A stretch of DNA of 64,000 bases from an uncultured archaeon (GCA_963810275.1 CAWENF010000005.1:1-64000); one strand, 5' to 3'. Positions 9,655 to 20,386 are shown, counted from the first letter of the stretch. Translations and numbers: made by a program. Notes: a model not told the origin generated them from the letters alone.

Positions 9655-10032
9655 TTATGGAGTTTTTTGAGGCTCAGGTGGCATTTTGGGTTTAATTACA
9701 AGGTCAGATTTGTCTGTTGTTGCCAACTCATACTGGTTTGAGTAGCTGATGCATTTCTTGGGACACGTCTCAGCGCATTGATAGCAGAAGACACAGCGGG
9801 ATAGGTTGACTTGGGGACGCCGTTTTTTATCGTCAACTTTGACCATTTCGATGGCCCTAGCTGGACAGTCACGTGCGCACAGTCCACAACCAATACAGGC
9901 ATTGTAGTCAAATATAGGTTCGCCGCGATACTTTTCTGGCAAATCGGGCTTCTCTGCAGGGTATTTTTCGGTTGCAGACTTAGAAAACGTCATTTTCAAT
10001 ACTCGCTTTAGAAGTGGGGGAGTCTTAACCAT
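9655..10032 (-). CDS. NuoI/EchF-like 2[4Fe-4S] protein
   Basis: ATEKYP..YRG, CIGCGLCARDCP, CVFCYQCAETCP. Confidence 0.85.
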   Translation of the reverse strand: MVKTPPLLKRVLKMTFSKSATEKYPAEKPDLPEKYRGEPIFDYNACIGCGLCARDCPARAIEMVKVDDKKRRPQVNLSRCVFCYQCAETCPKKCISYSNQYELATTDKSDLVIKPKMPPEPQKTP

Positions 10033-10227
10033 TTTGTATCACATGTACAGCGTATCCGAGCAATTTCTGCGTTACTCAAACATCTGCTACACTCCTTTAG
10101 TGGACCATTTTATAGACAGAGTCAACAAATGTTGAGGGAGTTTGTTTTGGGTGTCTATGTTTGTTTATGTCAGGGTTTGCCTGTGTGTTCGTATAATTGG
10201 TTATAGGCGAGTTTTCTAAGGGTTTGG

Positions 10228-11817
10228 TTAGCCTAGACATTTTCTGAGTTTCGCCGACTCAGTCAGCGCCTCTTTTGCTTCAACATTCTGTTTCTGCAAG
10301 TAGGACAACAAGAAGTTGTTGGTAAAGTTCTCGTGTTTTCGTTGCGATAGGCCTTTGGGCCCCAGTTTTATGCCAAAGTTCTCTTCGACAACCTTCAAGT
10401 CTTCAAGCAAAGTTTTGAGTGCGCATTTCAGGTCATCCTCTGGCATGCCCGCACATTTCGATACTGCTTGACTCATCTCCAGCATCATTTCGATGTTGGC
10501 AACTGACACGTATTCCCCAACTACTTTTAGGTCGTAGTTGAATTTTATGTAGTGTTTTTCGAGGGCATCGGTTTCCCCTTCGTTCAGTTGGGTTAAAGCT
10601 TTGAGTCCGATGAATTCAGGCGGCAATCCCACACTGTACAAGGCGCTAGCAAAGCTAATCGCTCTGGGCAAGGAAACTCCAGCAACGCATCTGCTGTATC
10701 CGAACAAACCAATGTGCAGCTTGCGAGCTCTACGCTGAGGCACATACGCTGCAACGCTATTGATGAATGGCGCTAACACTTCAATTTGGCGCTCGTACTC
10801 ATGGCGGAATTTACCAAGCAACCCAAGCAGTAACTGTTCTTCTTGAACGTCGATGAATTCGGGATTGCCGTTAGGAAGACGCTGGTTTAAGGCTTGAACA
10901 CCTTCCTTAACCTGCTCCGATGGGTAATCGTAACGAAAGGCAGACTGGATAGTAACAGTGGAGACACCTTTGTATTCTTGGAGGAAGTTGTCGATGTTAT
11001 CTGGTGAGAGGTGTCCCCTGAACGGTTTGGAGCCGACTCCGAGGATTGGGTGGATTTCCGCGTCTTGTGTCTCCTCCAGTGCTTTAAGCTTGCTTAAAGC
11101 TATTTTTGAAAGGATAACCGCGCACACTAAACCGTAGTTAAGGGCTGGGTCGCTTCGGGCTATGAATACTCGCTGCTGCTTTGGCTTGACCGCTTTAAGG
11201 TAGGGCACTACGATATTGTCCACATGAAGGGTGCTGTCAAAATCCTCGACCAACGGAATGACTTTGATGGCTTTGGGTTTGAAACCACCCATCCAGTCCT
11301 TCACGGTGGTTGTATCGTAGAGGGCTACATCTTCAGCTGCCACGATGGCGTTTTTATAGTAGTTAAAAAGCATGATGATTTCTTTGCCATCCGTAGTGAA
11401 AGGCAAAATGACTTCAAATATGGGAGAAACCTCCCGCTTGTAAACCATAGAAGCCACATCGTACGCCATGGGAATGTTCTGCATTGTTTCCACGATGATT
11501 TTCTTTTCGACACCTTCAATTTTGGGGTTAGGAATACGGTAAGTTAAGAAGAGATCTTCGCCTATGGTGTGACTGGCAAAGTACGCCCAGTACTTCTGAA
11601 GCAGTTTTCTGGAGACTCGGGTGTCGGTGTCTTTGCCTTCAGAGTCCCACATGACTTCTTGGCAGCCCAAGTTTCTGTAAGCGTAATATGCCTCCATTAC
11701 TTCTGCGTTTCCGTTTATTACTTCATCTTTGTTCCACTCGGGAATGCACGCGTTGTCGGGGTGCTGGGTGGACATAGTCCTTGGAATGATTCGGTTTGCG
11801 TTTAAGCTGCCACTCAT
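10228..11817 (-). CDS. ppcA: Archaeal-type phosphoenolpyruvate carboxylase
   Basis: IPRTMSTQHPDN, MWDSEGKD, RSDPALNYG, PFRGH, LPRAISF. Confidence 0.95.
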   Translation of the reverse strand: MSGSLNANRIIPRTMSTQHPDNACIPEWNKDEVINGNAEVMEAYYAYRNLGCQEVMWDSEGKDTDTRVSRKLLQKYWAYFASHTIGEDLFLTYRIPNPKIEGVEKKIIVETMQNIPMAYDVASMVYKREVSPIFEVILPFTTDGKEIIMLFNYYKNAIVAAEDVALYDTTTVKDWMGGFKPKAIKVIPLVEDFDSTLHVDNIVVPYLKAVKPKQQRVFIARSDPALNYGLVCAVILSKIALSKLKALEETQDAEIHPILGVGSKPFRGHLSPDNIDNFLQEYKGVSTVTIQSAFRYDYPSEQVKEGVQALNQRLPNGNPEFIDVQEEQLLLGLLGKFRHEYERQIEVLAPFINSVAAYVPQRRARKLHIGLFGYSRCVAGVSLPRAISFASALYSVGLPPEFIGLKALTQLNEGETDALEKHYIKFNYDLKVVGEYVSVANIEMMLEMSQAVSKCAGMPEDDLKCALKTLLEDLKVVEENFGIKLGPKGLSQRKHENFTNNFLLSYLQKQNVEAKEALTESAKLRKCLG

Positions 11818-12020
11818 GTTTTTTTCCTTCTATCAATTCCTGGTTTAGCCTTATCCCACTGCAGAACCGTTTTATTTTAATTTTGCAGTCAATTAACAGA
11901 AAAAATATCACCAAAACCTAAAAATTGTGTAAAAAATTCAGCGAAACTAAGATATAAGGAAAAATGGTATCAGCCCCCAACTTCTCTTTTGATTTCGATT
12001 CCCAATACATCCACAGATAC

Positions 12021-12473
12021 CTATTGCTTATTAGGCCACGACTGCCCCGGCGCTTGGTTTAAGTTGGGCACTGAGAGGTGCATCTGAACCCATAGCCAAT
12101 GTCCGGAACGCTTTTCCATAACACCTGTCAAACGCAACGGCAAGTAAAAAGCTCGACCGTCTGAGGCTTCACAATGGAAATTTATATCCGCTGAAAACCG
12201 TGCAACCGAAGCAGCGGTTGAGACCAAAAAGCTCTTTACGGCTATACCCAGAACCTTAGCTTGCTCCCAGTCTCTTTTTAGTTGTGCACTGAATTGTTCG
12301 ACTCCTATAGCTTTTTCATGTTCACCTGAACCTAAAACGAATATATCGGGATCGGGGGCCCAGAATGATAGGACGCCTTTGAGGTCTTGTTTTTTGTAAG
12401 CTTCAAACATTCCTTTGAAGGTTTGAGTCACTTCATCTATTGTTTTTTGGTCAGCTTTCATGTGATATCCCAT
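12021..12473 (-). CDS. SnoaL/NTF2-like protein
   Basis: GSGEHE..G..QLKRDW..RLTGVMEKRSGHWLWVQMHLS. Confidence 0.8.
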   Translation of the reverse strand: MGYHMKADQKTIDEVTQTFKGMFEAYKKQDLKGVLSFWAPDPDIFVLGSGEHEKAIGVEQFSAQLKRDWEQAKVLGIAVKSFLVSTAASVARFSADINFHCEASDGRAFYLPLRLTGVMEKRSGHWLWVQMHLSVPNLNQAPGQSWPNKQ

Positions 12474-12497
12474 AGTTAGCGTTGTATAAGTTACCTT

Positions 12498-12806
12498 TTA
12501 GGGTTTGTTTCTTTTCGATGAGATTTCTATTAAAAACGCTTCTAACTGCTGCCTTGGGACGCCTTTAAATAGCAATTGCTTTTGTTTTGAAGTGAAACCA
12601 CCCGCCAACTCCACCCGAGCGCCTAAAAGCTTGGAGAATTCTTTCATTATTTCCTTATTCACTTTGCCTCGGTCGGGTTCTTGGGTAGCGTAAACGACAA
12701 CTTCGCCGTCGTCTACATCCACCTTGAACTTCGCAGAGTTAGGCTTAACAAAAATTGAAAGCAACAATCCATCTTTGACTTCTCTGAAGCTCAAGGCGTT
12801 ATACAC
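12498..12806 (-). CDS. DUF167 (YggU) family protein
   Basis: IFVKPNS..EPDRGKVNKE..GFTSKQK. Confidence 0.85.
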   Translation of the reverse strand: MYNALSFREVKDGLLLSIFVKPNSAKFKVDVDDGEVVVYATQEPDRGKVNKEIMKEFSKLLGARVELAGGFTSKQKQLLFKGVPRQQLEAFLIEISSKRNKP

Positions 12807-14470
12807 ACGTCGCAGGGCTCTACTTTTTTCTTTTTCTGCTGCTCTAACGCCCAGCTAAACTTGCTCCGCAATGTCTTTGGGTAGAACTTTTCAATGTCAA
12901 ACTTTACTTTCTTAGCCCACTTCACATACGCCATCGGGTCAATGTAACTCTTAAGTGACGTACCCAAATTGTACTCTTTAGTCAGTTTCGTGAGCTCCAA
13001 ATCCAACTTTGCCTTCGCAATTCGGTTCTCCAGCGACTCGATTTTTTTGCCTTCCTTTTGCTTAACTTTGAGCTGCTTTTGCATTTCTTGTAGTTTAGCT
13101 TCTTTTTCAATTACCCGCTTTTCAAAGGTAGGAGGGATTTTGCGTTTGTGGTTAGCGACTTCGGCGACTTTAAGGTTCGCCATCTTAGCAGCATAATTCT
13201 TTTTGTAATCAGGATCGGCTTTGGTGACTCCGATTTTATCCAGCTCTTCTTTGAGGGTTTTGGTACATTTCCAAGTACGGAAAACCTTCGCTGTGAGCTT
13301 AGGCACTTTCTCGGAGAGGAAACGACTGACTTTTTTGCTGTCTATACCTTCAAAAAGGTACTGTTTAGACTTGTCTTTTTTGAAGGCCTCAAGGTTTTTA
13401 ACAACTGTAGACGGAGCTTTGACGGTTTTAACCCATCTGACGCTGTCTTTGCCCAGGAAGTCAAAGGTAACTTCGCTGCCTCTGATGCTGATATGCTCGT
13501 CTCTTAAGGTGATGGCACCCACAGTATCGGCTTCGTCAGGGTCCTTTTCGTCCCCAACCCTCATGTTAACCGCCAAAATCAGCCACGCGACCGTCGCCAC
13601 TTTACGCCGCTCCACATCCTTATATGAGAGGTTCTTTGTGATGTGTCGCTCCACTTGGCTGATTTGTTTACCCAGGTTTTCGGCTTTCTGGAATTTCTCT
13701 TTCTCGCGGTTCTGCTTGAGGAAAGCGGTGTCGCTGAACCAGACGTATTTGACTTTGCCAGTGAGTTTGTCAATCCACTTCGCCACATACATTTTTGCTG
13801 GTTCCCAGATTGCGTCTTTCCACCCGTCGGCTTTGGCTTTTTCTCGGTCCGCCGCTTCGGAGAGGTTCAGAATAATATCTGATTTTGAAGGTCCTTCTTT
13901 CCATTTACCCCGCTGCGGATGGTCACCTCTACCCGCGAAGAGGCAGCTTGGTTCAGAAGTCCAGTTTGCAACTTCCAGTCTTTGACCGTCAACATCTGCG
14001 TAGCCGTAAATATCACGGAGCTCTTGGCGTTTGATTTTGCGTTCTTCCGCCTGCGCTTTTTTCTCCTCTTTGGTCAAGGATTCTTTCTTGGCTTTTTCGT
14101 CAAGAATGTAAGCTTTGATTTCTGTGAAGTCCACTTCGCCGCCCGATGCAGAGTCGCCTTCTATGGATTCAAGGTATTTTTTTATAAACGACTCCAGAAA
14201 TGTGGCTTGGGGATTTTCGGTTTTTAGTTTTTCGAGGAATTCGCGCATAAAGTTTTTAGTAAAAACCTTGTCGGGTGCTGGTATGGTGGTTGAGAGGATG
14301 CGGCGTGTCCAAGCTAATGCCATGGGTTCACTTTTTTCAGTAAGCTTTATTTTTTGGCCTTGGATTTTTACTATGAAGCCTTTTTGGTCGTAGGATGGAA
14401 CATAAATGCCGTTGTGTTTTAGGCTTTTCATAACGTGCTTCATTTTGGGTTTATCCTCGTGTGGCGACAA
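12791..14470 (-). CDS. DNA topoisomerase IB (eukaryote-like)
   Basis: GRGDHPQRG, RVGDEKD..ADTVG, FDFLGKDS, LTAKVFRT, ANH, SLKSYIDP (catalytic Tyr). Confidence 0.95.
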   Translation of the reverse strand: MSPHEDKPKMKHVMKSLKHNGIYVPSYDQKGFIVKIQGQKIKLTEKSEPMALAWTRRILSTTIPAPDKVFTKNFMREFLEKLKTENPQATFLESFIKKYLESIEGDSASGGEVDFTEIKAYILDEKAKKESLTKEEKKAQAEERKIKRQELRDIYGYADVDGQRLEVANWTSEPSCLFAGRGDHPQRGKWKEGPSKSDIILNLSEAADREKAKADGWKDAIWEPAKMYVAKWIDKLTGKVKYVWFSDTAFLKQNREKEKFQKAENLGKQISQVERHITKNLSYKDVERRKVATVAWLILAVNMRVGDEKDPDEADTVGAITLRDEHISIRGSEVTFDFLGKDSVRWVKTVKAPSTVVKNLEAFKKDKSKQYLFEGIDSKKVSRFLSEKVPKLTAKVFRTWKCTKTLKEELDKIGVTKADPDYKKNYAAKMANLKVAEVANHKRKIPPTFEKRVIEKEAKLQEMQKQLKVKQKEGKKIESLENRIAKAKLDLELTKLTKEYNLGTSLKSYIDPMAYVKWAKKVKFDIEKFYPKTLRSKFSWALEQQKKKKVEPCDVCITP

Positions 14471-14586
14471 AGTTTTCTTTTGACTTTACCAGTTTACACT
14501 TATAATCTTTGTTGTTGACTAATCTGTGTCCAACTTAACTGAAACCGTGCAAAAACACAACATATCCCCAAATAAAGTGTGTTTCG

Positions 14587-14994
14587 CTAGGGAAAAAGGC
14601 GTTTTTGCCGCTTCGCCACCCTGTCCGCCTGCAGCTTCTTGTAAACCGCCTCAACGTTTTTGCGTTCCACGTATCCTTTGTGGGGGCGGAAGCCTCCGCT
14701 AAAGCCGCCTGGGATATGCATGAGTTCGTGAATTAGAACTTTTTCCTTGTCTTCAGGGGACATTTTGTCATAGATTTCAGATATGACTTCGATCGTGTAG
14801 GACGGCGGCAAATTCAGAACACAATGCCAGATTTTACCTAATCCGTGGATGCGAGCAATGGTACGTCTTGCTTTGCTGCCTCTACTTCGCACGCAGAACA
14901 CGAATTGAGGCACCACATGGTAGAATTCGCATTCATCTGCTAACTGGTCAACCTGCTTTTTAATTTCTGGAGCTTCATAATACTTGATGGGCAC
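14587..14994 (-). CDS. Putative HExxH metallopeptidase
   Basis: ARIHGL..YTIEVISE..LIHELMHIP..FRPH. Confidence 0.8.
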   Translation of the reverse strand: MPIKYYEAPEIKKQVDQLADECEFYHVVPQFVFCVRSRGSKARRTIARIHGLGKIWHCVLNLPPSYTIEVISEIYDKMSPEDKEKVLIHELMHIPGGFSGGFRPHKGYVERKNVEAVYKKLQADRVAKRQKRLFP

Positions 14995-15333
14995 GCCGAT
15001 CCTCTCTCTGCTACGTTCACTGAATAGACGTTTAGGGTTAAAAACCTGCAGGGTAACCGCCCTTTTTGATTAACCGATTATGTGTTTGATGTAATGAATT
15101 TTGAGCGTATTAAGGACTACCACGTTAGGGCAAACGTGGCGGAAGATATTAAGGGGATTTCGATTATGGGGCTAAGCGTGTCCTGGTTTAGCATGAAATT
15201 AGGCAACATCGGTTTTTGGTAACGAGTTGGCGGGTTTGGGCTTGCGGTATTTATTTAAACTTGAAACCACAAACATAGCCAATATATCAATTAATATACG
15301 AATGGGCAAGAGAGAATACGAGGATGGCGTAGC

Positions 15334-16104
15334 TTGGCGTGGTACGATGACCCCTTAACGGTTATTGCAGTTGCAGTAGTGATAATCATCGCCGTTGGCG
15401 TCGTCATTTATGCTATGCGTCGCTTCAGCAGCAACCCAAAAAAGCCTAAGTCTCAAATCACCGACCCCAAAAAGCCTCATGTTGACCTTGACACCTCGGT
15501 TTCTAGCGTGCCTAATGTTCCTTTTCGGTTGTCTAAAAGCATTCAGGGCCCCATGGCTGCAACCGCCAAAGATGAGTTGCGCATGCTCGATTTAGAACGC
15601 GAAATCTTAGGTGATGCGCTCCGTCGACTTTATGAGGCACAAGCGGAAGGCAAAATCACTGAGGCTGAACGGGAAAAACTCGCTGCATCCTACAAGAGAC
15701 GGATGAACGACATTAAAGAGTCCATCAGCAAAGACGAGTCAATCATTGCCTTGCATGAATTGGAAAGCATGCAGGAAGACCTTATGAAGCTGTTTAGCGA
15801 GCGCTTCGGCGAATTAACCGGCAAAGTTGAGGAGCTGCGCACCCGCATCGATGTGAAGCCTATCCGTGAAGTACCCGTTAAGGTGCCCAGACAAGTTCCT
15901 GTGCAGCTTGAAGAGGAGGAAGATGAAGAAGAAGAGGAAGAACCCTCGGATAGCCGCAACAGAGAAGAGAAGCCTAAAAAGAAACGCAAGTCTCCAGAAG
16001 AGAAGCCTACTCAAAAGTCTGAGGCAGAGAAACGCATCGACTCTATCCGAAGTGAAGTTGAGAAGGTACTTGACAAGTTAGGACAGATGGAAGTTGAAGT
16101 TTAG
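15334..16104 (+). CDS. Membrane-anchored coiled-coil protein with an acidic tract
   Basis: N-terminal TM helix, helical core and poly-Glu stretch; overlaps the rpiA start. Confidence 0.75.
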   Translation: MAWYDDPLTVIAVAVVIIIAVGVVIYAMRRFSSNPKKPKSQITDPKKPHVDLDTSVSSVPNVPFRLSKSIQGPMAATAKDELRMLDLEREILGDALRRLYEAQAEGKITEAEREKLAASYKRRMNDIKESISKDESIIALHELESMQEDLMKLFSERFGELTGKVEELRTRIDVKPIREVPVKVPRQVPVQLEEEEDEEEEEEPSDSRNREEKPKKKRKSPEEKPTQKSEAEKRIDSIRSEVEKVLDKLGQMEVEV

Positions 16105-16807
16105 CACAGACCCAGTTACTTTGCAGAAGCAGAATGCGGCGCTTGAAGCCGTCAAACACATAACCGATTTTCATGTTGTAGGGTTGGGAAGCGGCAGCAC
16201 CGCAGCTTTTGCTATTGAAGCTCTTGGCGACCGCATGAAGAAAGAAGGACTTAAAGTTTTAGGCATACCCAGCAGTTACCAAGCGTTTGAGGTTGCGATC
16301 GCTAACGGTATCCCAATTACGACACTTGAGGAGCACCCCCTAATTGACGTGACGATTGACGGAGCAGACCAGTTGACGCCTGAGTTGTATTTGATCAAAG
16401 GGGGCGGTGCTGCATTGGCACGTGAGAAGATTGTTGCGGCGTCCTCAAAAATCAACATAATTATAGCTGATGAAGGCAAGAAAGCTTCGTTTTTGGGTGC
16501 TAACGGCCAGTTTGTGCCAGTTGAGGTGATCCCATTCGCGCTAGCGCCTGTTAAACGCATTCTAACAGAGTTGGGCGCAAAAGTCACGGTGCGCGAGACG
16601 AAAGGCAAACTTGGTCCAATCCTAACTGACAACGGAAACGCAGTCATCGACGCCGTGTTTGGAGAAATCCAAAATCCAGCAGATTTAGCGGTGAAAATCA
16701 AGATGGCTGCTGGTGTTGTGGAGGTCGGCTTATTTGTGGGGTTAACAGACATCGCATATGTTGCAGGCACTTCGAGTGTGGAGAAAATCTTTGTAACTCG
16801 AAAGTAA
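16094..16807 (+). CDS. rpiA: Ribose-5-phosphate isomerase A
   Basis: GLGSGST, DGAD, IKGGGAALAREKIVA. Confidence 0.96.
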   Translation: MKFSTDPVTLQKQNAALEAVKHITDFHVVGLGSGSTAAFAIEALGDRMKKEGLKVLGIPSSYQAFEVAIANGIPITTLEEHPLIDVTIDGADQLTPELYLIKGGGAALAREKIVAASSKINIIIADEGKKASFLGANGQFVPVEVIPFALAPVKRILTELGAKVTVRETKGKLGPILTDNGNAVIDAVFGEIQNPADLAVKIKMAAGVVEVGLFVGLTDIAYVAGTSSVEKIFVTRK

Positions 16808-16962
16808 AACAGTCACTGTTTTTGTTTTTCTATTTAATAAAAAAGCAGAGGCCCCCTCTTATGCATCTTCTTCGTAGGGCTTCAGTAACATAATCTATTT
16901 TTGTGTTTGAGTTTTTGATTTGCTGGTTGATAATCGTTGGTTGTGGCGTTTTAGTTTAACAG

Positions 16963-17322
16963 TCAGTTGCTTTCAGCGGACGTTTTAGGTGCCCTCAGTT
17001 GGCTTCTAATTACGAAGTATAACGCTATGAAAAGCGCCGCCGCCGTAACTGCCGAGCTTGCAGCGATTATATACCATGCCTGCCAAGCGGGCAAAAAAGT
17101 CTCCAAATACCGTAAAGAACCGATGAGGAAAAACAGCGAAGCCGACCCAGCCATCGAAATTCCCACCGACATCAAAACAGTCCCAGTTATGCTGTAGATG
17201 AGCAGTCGCTTTAAGCGTTGTTTCACTGCTGCCTCCTGTTTTTGGGCATACTCTTTGAGCGCCTCTTTTATCTGATCCAGAACTTGTATAATCAACTCTC
17301 TTAGGGATACGTTTTGAGACAA
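16963..17322 (-). CDS. Two-TM membrane protein (YqjE/holin-like)
   Basis: Helical N-terminus followed by two hydrophobic segments. Confidence 0.55.
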   Translation of the reverse strand: MSQNVSLRELIIQVLDQIKEALKEYAQKQEAAVKQRLKRLLIYSITGTVLMSVGISMAGSASLFFLIGSLRYLETFLPAWQAWYIIAASSAVTAAALFIALYFVIRSQLRAPKTSAESN

Positions 17323-17556
17323 AAAGAATACCGCTCGGTTAATGTTGTTTCTATGGTTGTTTGGAGCTGGTTTCTATTTATAGATATGTGACTGCATAGA
17401 TGAAGATACAGCTGAAGTGTGCCTACTAAGCCAGATCTATCCGCCCCCACTACTTAACCTTAAACACAAAAACCAAATGGTTACCCAAAGCAGCCACTGA
17501 AGCTTATTGAACAGTAGACTCTTTGAGTTCTATGGCATCCTTGGTAGTGGTTTAAA

Positions 17557-17772
17557 CTATGCAGTATCGGCGGTCGCTTGTTCCTTCTTTCGAGGCTTGT
17601 AAAGAACACCGGCAATGAACAAAACAGCCCCAATGACGGGTAACACTAGCACTACTTCTTGGCCTCTTGCAAAATAGAGGACAAGACCCACAAGAATCAA
17701 TATGCCCCCAATTCCAAGGAGTCGCCCTTTGTTTGTCTGATAATAATCTTTCATGTCCACCATTTCTTCCAC
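17557..17772 (-). CDS. Small two-TM membrane protein
   Basis: Two hydrophobic helices; directly downstream of the ABC permease. Confidence 0.6.
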   Translation of the reverse strand: MEEMVDMKDYYQTNKGRLLGIGGILILVGLVLYFARGQEVVLVLPVIGAVLFIAGVLYKPRKKEQATADTA

Positions 17773-17794
17773 CTCCTCCTCGCTTCCAATTTTG

Positions 17795-18538
17795 CTACTT
17801 CCATTTTGTCAGTATTTCCTCCCTGCGAAACGTCTTGGTGCTAACAATGAAAAGCGCTGCATCAATCGCTAAGATGACCCCTGAAATTATGAGCAGGGTG
17901 TTTACATCAATGGTTATTACGCTTGTCTCGCTGAGAAGGTATATGCCAAGGAGTGGAAATAAAATAAAAATTCCAAAACTGTTAGCGCTGCGTACATCAT
18001 TAACTCTCGAAGAAACAATGACACTGAACAGAACACTCATAACAATGGCGACCGGCATCAGAACCAAGAGCAAAGTGGCCATGTTCCAATTTGGAAAATA
18101 ATAGTAGCCAAGCGTACCGAAAGTAACCGCATCAATGCCCACCATGAAGACCACTGCAGCCGCATACATTGCTATTAAAGTTGGAATAATTGCGGAAATG
18201 GCTTTTCCAAGCAATATTTCTGCATCAGTAAGGGGCGTGGCTAGAAGCGGTTCCAGACTCTTCTCCACTTTCTCCCCCACTATACTGTAGGAAGCAATCC
18301 CTAAGGGAACGTACGCTGCTCCTATAACTAAAAAGAAAGAAAAAGAGGTAAGCAAATTTGGAAGCACAGCCGGCGCTGAGAGTCCGGGGTTTCCCCTTAT
18401 TGCTAAATATTCAAGTATTGTCGGAAACAGGACCGAGATAAGAACCGGGAAGATGATGATGGAGTACCAGACGTTTTTAACGCGCCTAAATATTTTGAAG
18501 TCTCTGGCTGCTATAATCCACGCCTTTGAGAGCCGCAT
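17795..18538 (-). CDS. ABC-2 type transporter permease
   Basis: SIVGEKVEKSLEPLLATP..ILLGK; about six TM helices. Confidence 0.9.
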   Translation of the reverse strand: MRLSKAWIIAARDFKIFRRVKNVWYSIIIFPVLISVLFPTILEYLAIRGNPGLSAPAVLPNLLTSFSFFLVIGAAYVPLGIASYSIVGEKVEKSLEPLLATPLTDAEILLGKAISAIIPTLIAMYAAAVVFMVGIDAVTFGTLGYYYFPNWNMATLLLVLMPVAIVMSVLFSVIVSSRVNDVRSANSFGIFILFPLLGIYLLSETSVITIDVNTLLIISGVILAIDAALFIVSTKTFRREEILTKWK

Positions 18539-18540
18539 AT

Positions 18541-19458
18541 TTATTTCCTCACAAGTTTTAGATAAGTATCTTCCAAAGTTGAGCCCACCACATTTATTGA
18601 TTGGACATGACCGCCCGCCTGCACTATAGTCTCTATAACAGGCGAATTCTCCTTGTCTGGGTTTTCTACATCAAACGTTATCTTGTTACCCTCGCTGGAC
18701 AGGTTCTTAAGCGACAGCTTTTTCAGTGCTCTCAAAACCACATCGTTCACTTGCTGCTCCAATCCAACAACTGTCTTCCTACCACTAACGGACCTTTCAA
18801 GTTCTTGCAGAGTACCGATTGCCCTAAGACTTGTATTGATTATCGCTACCTTGTCGCAGATTCTCTGCGCCTCATCGAGATTGTGGGTGTTTAGAAAGAT
18901 TGTCTTCTTCTCTTTTTTTAGTTGAAGAATAAAATCTCGCACTGTTTTTGAAGCCTCAGGATCTAGATTCGCGGTGGGTTCGTCCATAAAAATGACTTGT
19001 GGTTCATGAATTAGGGCTCGGGCTATGGCAAGTTTTTGTTTCATACCTTTAGAAAAAGTTCCTGCCAAAACATTCCTCTTCTCCCAAAGCCCCAACATCT
19101 CAAGAAAACGCTGGATGTTCTCTTTTCTTTGGGTTTCCGTGCAATCGTATATCTTTGCAAAAAAGTCCAGGTTGTCGTATGCCGTCAGATTTTCAGATAA
19201 TCCAACGTTATCAGAGACAAAGCCGATGATTTTGCGGATTTTTAGCGAATCCTCTTTGCTGGCAGTGTCGTAGTCGCCGATTTTTGCTGATCCGCTGGTC
19301 TTTGATATAAGGCAACAAAGCATCCTTACAGTAGTTGTTTTTCCTGCTCCGTTGGGTCCAAGGAAGCCGAAAACTTCGCCGTCATCAACATGCAATGTGA
19401 GGTTGTCTACGGCTGTTAGGTCCCCAAATTTCTTTGTTAAACCGTCAGTGTCTATCAT
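18541..19458 (-). CDS. ABC transporter ATP-binding protein
   Basis: GPNGAGKTT, FSKGMKQKL, MDEPT, H-loop. Confidence 0.95.
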   Translation of the reverse strand: MIDTDGLTKKFGDLTAVDNLTLHVDDGEVFGFLGPNGAGKTTTVRMLCCLISKTSGSAKIGDYDTASKEDSLKIRKIIGFVSDNVGLSENLTAYDNLDFFAKIYDCTETQRKENIQRFLEMLGLWEKRNVLAGTFSKGMKQKLAIARALIHEPQVIFMDEPTANLDPEASKTVRDFILQLKKEKKTIFLNTHNLDEAQRICDKVAIINTSLRAIGTLQELERSVSGRKTVVGLEQQVNDVVLRALKKLSLKNLSSEGNKITFDVENPDKENSPVIETIVQAGGHVQSINVVGSTLEDTYLKLVRK

Positions 19459-19653
19459 GCGATTACCTTTTCAAATAACTCAAGCCGTTTTTTGCTAGTA
19501 TGGGGCGATGATTCATAAATAATGTTTTATCGGTACAAAAATTGTGCCAGCAAGACAAAAGTCAAAAGAGCTCATATACTAACAAGTAGATTTCAAGGAG
19601 ATTATATGTGACCGAGGATAAAACAGTTTCCCACCAGCAAAGTTAAGCAAATA

Positions 19654-20365
19654 GTGCAGGAAGCCATAGTTATCGAACGCTACATTTTGAGGCGGGCAGG
19701 GGGGTTATACTATGCTGTTGTTGCAGCGGAAATTTCATTAATACTTGTTTTCGATATTTTGTTCAATATTACGAAACTCACTTCTGATTATGGATTAATC
19801 GTTCCGCTTGCCTTTAACACCTCAGTAAGCATTTTGGGGGCTGCTGCCGCAGTTTGGGTTTTTAAAAAGGCATATAATGCGCTGCTTGTTCGCCGAGAAA
19901 TCGTGGATTCGGTGTGGACGAAGCTGTTTAGACCCTCAGGGGTAGCTGCGCTTTGGCTTACATACTACTTGCCAATTCTTCTCACAATCATTTTTCTGCG
20001 TCCGATTGCTGGGGCAGTCCTTTTGGGTACTAGCAGCCACAACGGGGCCTTTCTATTTTAGCTTAAAAGTATCTTTTCCAGAGCGGCTACCTCGTGAAGG
20101 AATTGCTGTCTTGGCAACGTTTGTTTTTTGTACACTTGGCAACTTAACATTTTTCCTGCTAAACGGTACTGTCGCTCCTCTGCTTTGGGTTTTAATGATT
20201 TCTGTCTCGATAGTGGCCTCTGCATACGTTTACAGGCAAAAGCCGCCTAAACCGCGGGAGGGATCGCTCGGATCGACCACTGACAGTAAACCCGACAGGA
20301 TTGCCAACTCAGAGGCCATCAAATCCTTAAATGAGCAGCTAAGCGACCCCAACCTAAAATCCTAA
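19654..20365 (+). CDS. Multi-pass membrane protein, frameshifted at ~20025
   Basis: Two overlapping hydrophobic ORFs (19654..20061 and 20006..20365) join at CTTTTGGG. Confidence 0.55.
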
Positions 20366-20386
20366 ACCCGCATACTAATCCTGATA

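Noticed and set aside
16963-17322. Holin-like gene as evidence of a provirus
   Set aside because: No viral structural, packaging or replication genes nearby.
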